The notes beneath the pieces were generated by a model. It was given only the letters and a program-made list of their open reading frames with translations. It searched no databases and was not told the origin of the DNA. From positions 166,060 through 230,059 of IMG/VR virus record IMGVR_UViG_3300023235_000008: a stretch of 64,000 nt of DNA. One strand, given 5' to 3'. Below, piece by piece: positions 26,592 to 32,505 of this stretch; within the stretch, counting starts at the first letter, position 1, and each line of letters opens with the position of its first letter. The position numbers and the translations under genes were made by a program.

Positions 26592-27245
26592 ATGAAATAT
26601 GAAACATTCAATTACTGCTTTCCCGGTCGCCCACGTAAAGCGATTGCCCCAGCATTCCTAAACTTTCACGAAAAGCGTGGATGGGTAGGTCAATACAAAA
26701 AGAATGGAACGTGTAACGTTTTGTTTGTATCGCCTGATAAAGAAGTCACGGCTATGACACGACATAACGATACCCACAAACTTTGGACACCCACAGAAGC
26801 TTCTACTGGACTACTCCGCACAGTACCCGGCAATGGCTGGTGGGTGTTTAATGCCGAACTACTACACAGTAAATCACAGGCTGGACCGACCGATACCAAC
26901 TATCTATTCGATGTTCAAGTCGCCGATGGTGAAGTATTACTAGACAAAACATTTGCTGAACGTATTAAGATTATGGAAGACCTATTCTTGAAAGAGGATT
27001 CCGTCGAAGAATATAGCCATTACGTGGTAGGTGAGCGTGTATGGCTTGCTAAGACCATCACAGAGGGGTTTAAAGACAAATGGGACGAAGCAGATAGAGT
27101 TGCAAAAACACTCGATACTTCGCCTACCGATGAAGGATTGGTGTTGAAAAATCCAAAGGCAGTTTTGAAGCCACCGTTTTCAGCAGATTCAAATGCGGCA
27201 TGGCAAGTCAAATGTCGGGTGGCACACACAAACTATGCATTCTGA
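26592..27245 (+). CDS. Stand-alone ATP-dependent ligase/capping-enzyme nucleotidyltransferase domain
   Basis: QYKKNG (motif I), NAELL, YLFDV, EGLVLK, QVKCR; no OB domain. Confidence 0.75.
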   Translation: MKYETFNYCFPGRPRKAIAPAFLNFHEKRGWVGQYKKNGTCNVLFVSPDKEVTAMTRHNDTHKLWTPTEASTGLLRTVPGNGWWVFNAELLHSKSQAGPTDTNYLFDVQVADGEVLLDKTFAERIKIMEDLFLKEDSVEEYSHYVVGERVWLAKTITEGFKDKWDEADRVAKTLDTSPTDEGLVLKNPKAVLKPPFSADSNAAWQVKCRVAHTNYAF

Positions 27246-27459
27246 TAAAAAAGAGTTTTGGGACGCATTAAAGTATCCATCTGAAAAAGGATGCTTTAAC
27301 TGTAAACATAGGGTAGGAACGTCAGTTGAAAATACGTGTTGGCGCTGGTTGTCAGCGGCACCCGAAGCACGGTGCAGTATTACTGAAAAGCGGGGTGGCA
27401 CATCTCGGCTGTATCCATTTTGGGAATGGGATGAAGGATTGAAATGTGACATATTTTAG
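27235..27459 (+). CDS. Cys-rich small protein, paralog of 11799-11975
   Basis: EFWDAL..CFNC..WEWD. Confidence 0.55.
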   Translation: MHSDKKEFWDALKYPSEKGCFNCKHRVGTSVENTCWRWLSAAPEARCSITEKRGGTSRLYPFWEWDEGLKCDIF

Positions 27460-27488
27460 TTGACATCCGCATTCCGCCATGGTATAAT
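27460..27488 (+). promoter_or_regulatory. sigma70 promoter
   Basis: Perfect TTGACA-17-TATAAT. Confidence 0.75.
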
Positions 27489-27498
27489 AAATACTGTA

Positions 27499-27756
27499 AT
27501 GAAAGATATAAAAGAAGCACGGATTTGCCGTGAACAAGAGTTTTATGCTAAGTGTGGCGAACTCTTAGGATTGGAACATAAATATGTTGTTCCGTATAAA
27601 AGAAAAACACGTTGGAACCAACGCAATCCCGGTAACGGTAGATACAAAGGTTTCGGCGTAATAAGATATTTTAACGAAGCGAATATACACGTTATGTGTC
27701 GAAAGGGTTCAAAAACCTTTACCAATGTCGATGCAGTATATGAATGGCTTCAGTGA
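27499..27756 (+). CDS. Hypothetical protein
   Basis: RWNQRNPGNGRY.GFG. Confidence 0.6.
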   Translation: MKDIKEARICREQEFYAKCGELLGLEHKYVVPYKRKTRWNQRNPGNGRYKGFGVIRYFNEANIHVMCRKGSKTFTNVDAVYEWLQ

Positions 27757-27923
27757 GCGAGTGTGGTGAAATTGGTAAACACGCCAGATTTATGAGAGTC
27801 TCCGTTATAGGCTCCAATCTACAAGTTAGATTGTTTGGGGAACCGAGAAGGCTAAACCTTCAAAGTTCAAATCAGGTTCTGGTGCCGAAAGGTTTGGAGG
27901 TTCAAGTCCTCTCACTCGTACCA
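27757..27923 (+). tRNA. trnL: tRNA-Leu(TAG) with an 82-nt structured insert in the anticodon (27793-27874)
   Basis: Removing the insert restores CCAGA TT TAG GT TCTGG; the rest is a perfect Leu cloverleaf with A73-CCA. Confidence 0.85.
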
Positions 27924-27929
27924 AAATAA

Positions 27930-28005
27930 CGTAGGGTGGAGCAGTGGTCAGCTCGTGAGTCTCATAAACTCAAGGTCGGGGGTTCGAATCCCCCCCCTGC
28001 AACCA
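27930..28005 (+). tRNA. trnfM: Initiator tRNA-fMet(CAT)
   Basis: C1.A72 mismatch; CT CAT AA; CCA. Confidence 0.8.
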
Positions 28006-28048
28006 AAATATACAACGATAAATACTATTATCAAAAAGGAGAAAAGCA

Positions 28049-28240
28049 ATGATGATCGTAGGTTATCGTTCAAACGTAAACGCCGCAGAGGGCGTAAGAG
28101 CAGTAGTTAAACACACAGGTAAGCCAGTCGGCGAGGCACGTAAACTAATCGATTCTGCAATCGGTGGACAATCAGTTTTATTCGATTCAGATTGGGTATT
28201 ACGTGAAGACCTCGAAGACAATGGATTTATCATAGACTAA
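28049..28240 (+). CDS. Small protein, weak L7/L12 CTD-like helix motif
   Basis: AAGGAG RBS; VRAVVKHTGKPVGEARKLID. Confidence 0.6.
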   Translation: MMIVGYRSNVNAAEGVRAVVKHTGKPVGEARKLIDSAIGGQSVLFDSDWVLREDLEDNGFIID

Positions 28241-28245
28241 AAAAT

Positions 28246-28320
28246 GCGGATATAGCTCAGAGGCAGAGCAGAAGGTTTCCAACCTTCGTGTCGGGATTTC
28301 GAAATTCCCTATCCGCTCCA
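28246..28320 (+). tRNA. trnG: tRNA-Gly(TCC)
   Basis: GCGGATA/TATCCGC-T-CCA. Confidence 0.9.
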
Positions 28321-28426
28321 ACAAAGCAAAAGCGCTTCACGTTCAATAGTGATGCTCCTTATTTTGATTAAGTTCAAGCCTTCGGGTCATAGGGGTTATA
28401 TACTGGCTAAAGTTGAACATAGTTTC

Positions 28427-28502
28427 GGGGTATTAGCTCATCGGGGAGAGCACGACGTTAGCACGGTCGAGGTGGTAGGTTCGAGTCCTTGTTGGCCCAC
28501 CA
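28427..28502 (+). tRNA. Degenerate tRNA-Ala-like gene, anticodon AGC
   Basis: TT AGC AC loop; mispaired acceptor and T stems; CCA. Confidence 0.55.
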
Positions 28503-28508
28503 ATATAT

Positions 28509-28585
28509 AGTTGCGTAGCATAACTGGCGAATGCCGACTCCTCATAAGAGTTTTTATTCTGGTTCGAATCCAGACGTGACTACCA
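28509..28585 (+). tRNA. trnI: tRNA-Ile2/Met(CAT)
   Basis: AGTTGCG/CGTGACT-A-CCA; CT CAT AA. Confidence 0.8.
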
Positions 28586-28623
28586 AAATAAAAGGCGCAG
28601 GAACACGTTCCATAAATATATGT

Positions 28624-29321
28624 ATGAAAAGTATGTTTGAAGAAAACCCCGTTTATCGGGATGGATGGGAATATGATGATAATATCAAAGCCAATAAAGT
28701 AGTATATGCTATTGGATGCAGTTGGATACATTATAGTTGGTTCACTCGGGTACACGCTCTAAAATATCCAGACACCCTTCTTATCAATAGGTCATTCGGC
28801 GGTCATGGAAATAGTATGATTATAGACACGGTAAAACGTGAATATGATCTAATGCAAAAGTTTGATGATATATATTTTATAGTTTGTTTCTCCGAAGTAG
28901 GTAGAAATATCAAAGACTTTTCATATCAAAATCCAAAAAATTACAACGGTGTTCAAGAATATGAAAAAGCAATACTATACAATCAGATGGAATGCATTGA
29001 TCAGTTTCTCGGCAATGAACAAAGGTTTATAACAACCAGTTTCGTCAGTAATCCATATAATAATAATAAGCGTATTATTGACTTCTGTGAAAAGACATAT
29101 GATCAACCATGCGAAAGTTATACAGCTGCACCGGTGCATTCGAATACCTCAAAGATAGAAATAAGGTGTTCGATTTTGATTTGAATACATTAAGCAACGA
29201 CTTAGAGGATTGTATTAAATATATCGATTGGATGAATAGCCACAAACACATAGAAAATAATCACGCATTTGGATTCACGCCATATGAAAGTTTTATAGAT
29301 TATTTTTATCATGATAAATAA
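28624..29321 (+). pseudogene. SGNH-hydrolase-like gene split by a frameshift near 29115-29120
   Basis: AIGCSW and NRSFGGHGN blocks; continues in the frame of ORF 29109-29321. Confidence 0.5.
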
Positions 29322-29413
29322 TAATACACCTTGAACGGACCCGTAATGTTGGATGGGCCGCGCCCCTTGAGGTTTTCTAAGGCTCAATCGCCAACACGAA
29401 AGAGTTACAAAAT

Positions 29414-29512
29414 GCCCCTATAGCTGAGTGGTTTAGCAAGGGTTTTGTCAAGTACATCCGAGGGTGTATTTGAAAAACCCTAGACCGGAGTTCGATTCTT
29501 CGTGGGGGCACC
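29414..29512 (+). tRNA. trnT: tRNA-Thr(TGT) with a 25-nt hairpin insert (29449-29473)
   Basis: AGGGT TT TGT [CAAGTACATC-CGAG-GGTGTATTTG-A] AA ACCCT; GCCCCTA/TGGGGGC-A-CCA. Confidence 0.85.
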
Positions 29513-29527
29513 ATTCCTAAAATATTA

Positions 29528-29596
29528 GGGGCTGCTGTATGGGACAGACTCTGCACTTGCACTGCGGATGGTGGGGATCGTTACCCCATAGCTCCA
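29528..29596 (+). tRNA. trnA: tRNA-Ala(TGC), CCA not encoded
   Basis: G3.U70 pair, A73, CT TGC AC. Confidence 0.8.
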
Positions 29597-29664
29597 GATT
29601 GATAATATTGACTACCTCCACGTGGTATCAATCGGAAACTACAGAAATGTAGGCTAAATGTCAA
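29597..29664 (+). ncRNA. HDV-like (theta-type) ribozyme starting right after the tRNA-Ala discriminator
   Basis: P1 GATTGAT/ATCAATC, P2 TTGAC/GTCAA, P3 ACC/GGT, L3 TCCACGT, GG, P4 CTACA-GAAA-TGTAG, J4/2 GCTAA. Confidence 0.85.
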
Positions 29665-29674
29665 AAAGAATAAA

Positions 29675-29830
29675 GGGTCTTTAGCTCAGTTGGTAGAGCA
29701 TCTCGCTTATGTGAGACTTCCTATAGTCTCCGGTCTATTGTTAGACCGTCATTGGTATACTGCGAAGGGAAATCTTCAAAGTTAATGAACATCGAGAATG
29801 TCGGCGGTTCAAACCCGTCAAGACCCACCA
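29675..29830 (+). tRNA. trnV: tRNA-Val(TAC) with an 80-nt structured insert in the anticodon (29710-29789)
   Basis: Removing the insert restores TCTCG CT TAC AT CGAGA; GGGTCTT/AAGACCC-A-CCA. Confidence 0.85.
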
Positions 29831-29896
29831 TTTTAGAGGTATATGGTTAAAGTCCATATTTAAAGCGACGGTCAGTTCTCGCCTCTACTATAATAT

Positions 29897-29985
29897 GGAT
29901 AGTTGGCTGAGTTGGCCGAAAGCGCTCGATTGCTAATTGAGTGAACCGCAAGGTTCCGTGGGTTCGAATCCCACACTATCCGCCA
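29897..29985 (+). tRNA. trnS: tRNA-Ser(GCT)
   Basis: GGATAGT/ACTATCC-G-CCA; long variable arm. Confidence 0.9.
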
Positions 29986-29991
29986 ATTGTA

Positions 29992-30020
29992 TTGACATTC
30001 GTTGTCAATTTTGATATACT
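29992..30020 (+). promoter_or_regulatory. sigma70 promoter
   Basis: TTGACA-17-TATACT. Confidence 0.65.
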
Positions 30021-30044
30021 TAATTAAACATGGATATTTAATAA

Positions 30045-31175
30045 ATGATCATAGACGATGTGCCACGTGGATATACTGTCAACAATAAACTATTTTTCAA
30101 CCGCCATTTAGCTCACATTGAGCAAATGACGAATGGAGGGCTACTTGAGTTTAATATGTTTGATGACGCTTTCAGCAAATATAATTGGAAAATAGACCCT
30201 ACATTATCATTTGAGGAATTGATAGATATCCGAGCACACCAAATCAGAGAAACCAATGATGTGGTTGTGTTATGGTTTAGTGGTGGTACAGATAGTCTCA
30301 CGATGTATAATGCATTTATTCGCAACAATTTACACATTGATGAAATCATTGTTAGGTATTGGCCGATAGCTGGTCATTTTGGTATCGACAAATCAATTAT
30401 CGACTGGCTTTATGAACATCATCCTGACAAAAAAACTACTATAACGACGATTGACCAAACAGATAAGACTGTTCTATCATCCAATTTATACACAGATGAA
30501 TGGACATTATTGAATATGGGATTTGCTAAACATTTGAACGCTGCTGTAGTTTGGGGAACAGACGCCCTTAGTAAAAAATATGAAAACAGGAAATGGGTAC
30601 AAGTACATGGTTTCGAAAAACCACACTTGGTATACCGTAATGAAAAATTCTCTGCTTGGCATTTGGACCTTCCTTATCAATCAACTTTAGGTCACGAAAA
30701 TATGGAATACTTTTTCATAAGTCCTGAATTACCAGAACTACATATAAAGCAGTGCCATCTGCTAAAGAATCATTTAGTAGATAACCTATCGCATACATTA
30801 CATGAGGATTTTAGGTCAGAAAAACTATTTGAAACTACTGACCAGTCATCGTATATGAACTTATCAGTTCATGGGTGTGGCAGACACGGTGAAATACATC
30901 ATAAAATATGTGTTAGTGAGAAATCACTAATAAGGTCTAAAAAAGTTATATTTTCAAAGACAGAAAATTACAATGATTTGAAATTCACTGGATACCAATC
31001 TATACTTCACGCCAGCGCCAATAATATTGATAATATGAAGCATTGGTACAATGGCAGACTTGAGCTTATCAAATCCCCTGTGATGAAATATATGCTGGAT
31101 AGAAACCTAGTGACAAATAAAGACGACCCATTCAGTTTCGTCGGGATGTATTCCAAACAGTACGATCTAGAATGA
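30045..31175 (+). CDS. PP-loop (adenine nucleotide alpha-hydrolase-like) protein
   Basis: VVLWFSGGTDS; YFFISPELPELHIKQCH. Confidence 0.7.
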   Translation: MIIDDVPRGYTVNNKLFFNRHLAHIEQMTNGGLLEFNMFDDAFSKYNWKIDPTLSFEELIDIRAHQIRETNDVVVLWFSGGTDSLTMYNAFIRNNLHIDEIIVRYWPIAGHFGIDKSIIDWLYEHHPDKKTTITTIDQTDKTVLSSNLYTDEWTLLNMGFAKHLNAAVVWGTDALSKKYENRKWVQVHGFEKPHLVYRNEKFSAWHLDLPYQSTLGHENMEYFFISPELPELHIKQCHLLKNHLVDNLSHTLHEDFRSEKLFETTDQSSYMNLSVHGCGRHGEIHHKICVSEKSLIRSKKVIFSKTENYNDLKFTGYQSILHASANNIDNMKHWYNGRLELIKSPVMKYMLDRNLVTNKDDPFSFVGMYSKQYDLE

Positions 31176-31270
31176 TATTATCATTATTGGCTATTATAAG
31201 TGGATTGGTTTCTGGTATTTTTATCGGATATTTGAATGGATGGGCATCTTGTCCATCCATTCATAAATAA
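31172..31270 (+). CDS. 32-aa TM peptide
   Basis: ATGA overlap; hydrophobic. Confidence 0.4.
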   Translation: MILSLLAIISGLVSGIFIGYLNGWASCPSIHK

Positions 31271-31367
31271 ATGATGGACGCAATTTATAACTTTCTTGCC
31301 ACGGCTATCATTGTTGTATTGACACCGCTTATCGTATACTCTATAATAAGCATTACATTTTACATTT

Positions 31368-31443
31368 CTTCCCGTGGTGAAACTGGATATCACACTAGTC
31401 TTCTAAACTTGTATTTCGAGTTCGAGTCTCGACGGGAAGACCA
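31368..31443 (+). tRNA. trnR: tRNA-Arg(TCT)
   Basis: CTTCCCG/CGGGAAG-A-CCA; CT TCT AA. Confidence 0.85.
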
Positions 31444-31449
31444 TAATAC

Positions 31450-31568
31450 GGGTGCGTGGTGGAATTGGTATACACGCCAGACTTTTCAGTAAGGCTTTCG
31501 GAAACGAGAGTTTTACAAAAAATCTGGTGCCTTATGGATTGCGGGTTCGAGTCCCGCCGCACCCACCA
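31450..31568 (+). tRNA. trnL: tRNA-Leu(TAA) with a 34-nt hairpin insert (about 31485-31518)
   Basis: CCAGA CT T[TTCA-GTAAGGCTTTCG-GAAA-CGAGAGTTTTAC-AA]AA AA TCTGG; perfect Leu body. Confidence 0.8.
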
Positions 31569-31574
31569 ATCACA

Positions 31575-31757
31575 TTGATTAAAAGAACCTACTACTGTAT
31601 GTGTGACAAGTGTGGCACCGTACTTAAAGATAACTTCGAACAATATGCATACCAAACTGAACTTAAAACGATGGTTTCGTTTGTCACTAAATCTGGATGG
31701 ACTGTTGTAGAACAGGATGATGGGTCATTTAAAGACTTTTGTGAAGTATGTTCTTAA
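31575..31757 (+). CDS. Small zinc-binding protein
   Basis: CDKC...CEVC; TTG start inferred. Confidence 0.45.
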   Translation: MIKRTYYCMCDKCGTVLKDNFEQYAYQTELKTMVSFVTKSGWTVVEQDDGSFKDFCEVCS

Positions 31758-32041
31758 ACCGTCTTATTTAAAACAAGCTGATATTGATACACGGGCTTCG
31801 CCGCCTTGGTATATGATATCAGCTTTTTTTGTGGCTTTGGATTGACTGTTTTCATACACAGATGATAGCCATTATTATTTAATAATATATTAGGGAATAT
31901 GGTTACCAAAAAATAAATTAAATAATGGGGAAGACAGAGGGTCGAGGATTTTTACCGAAGAGAACCGGGGTAGAAATTAAGCAGTGAAGCGACCACAGAA
32001 AAAGCCCGGTAGACTTTGCTATCTTTTACAGGAAACAAATA

Positions 32042-32167
32042 ATGAACAAGTTAATATTCATCGGAGTAGCGTTGTTTGCAGGGTTGCTAGTTGAGGGGAT
32101 TTGGTGGGATGTTCCCGTCACCTATATGTCAAGTATGTCATTCGCCCTATTTGAAGTATTCCAATAA
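32042..32167 (+). CDS. 41-aa membrane peptide
   Basis: ACAGGA RBS; hydrophobic. Confidence 0.45.
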   Translation: MNKLIFIGVALFAGLLVEGIWWDVPVTYMSSMSFALFEVFQ

Positions 32168-32505
32168 CTCCCTATGCGTAATCGTATAGGGATATTCTCG
32201 TTTATTCTGTGATTGTTTCCATAAATCAATATCACGCTCAAAGAATGGCTTGATGTAATGTTGATAGGCTTCACGAACACGGGGATGGGTTGTAATTAAC
32301 TCTCCTACCTTTGATTGGGCGGCGGATTTAGCACGGCCTGATTTATTGCGGCTCTTTAACGTTAGTAGGTATGGATAATGTATGCCAAACTGTTCTAAGA
32401 AATCATATGTGCGGTCGTTGAAGAAGACGACGAACTACTTATTGGCGAATCTAATAAAAGAACATCACGTGAAGATGAAGATTTAGAGTTGCTTGGATTG
32501 TTAGA

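Noticed and set aside
28330-28420. Third HDV-like ribozyme after tRNA-Gly (TTCACGT, GCTAA, GTTCAA/TTGAAC)
   Set aside because: P1 and P3 cannot be paired consistently; at most a decayed remnant
27793-29789. Reading the tRNA inserts as group I introns or archaeal BHB introns
   Set aside because: At 25-82 nt they are too short for a group I core; no P7 motifs and no terminal G in the register that restores the cognate anticodon; no clear bulge-helix-bulge
19283-31568. tmRNA, suppressor tRNA or stop-codon recoding
   Set aside because: No tmRNA ends or tag frame recognised; no CTA/TTA/TCA anticodon; TAG and TGA end ordinary genes and long genes are uninterrupted
27744-31757. ORFs overlapping tRNA genes (27744-27929, 29377-29562, 31271-31492, 31395-31655, N-termini of 22164, 28531 and 31452)
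   Set aside because: The sequence is fully explained by tRNA structure; starts were reassigned downstream where a real gene follows
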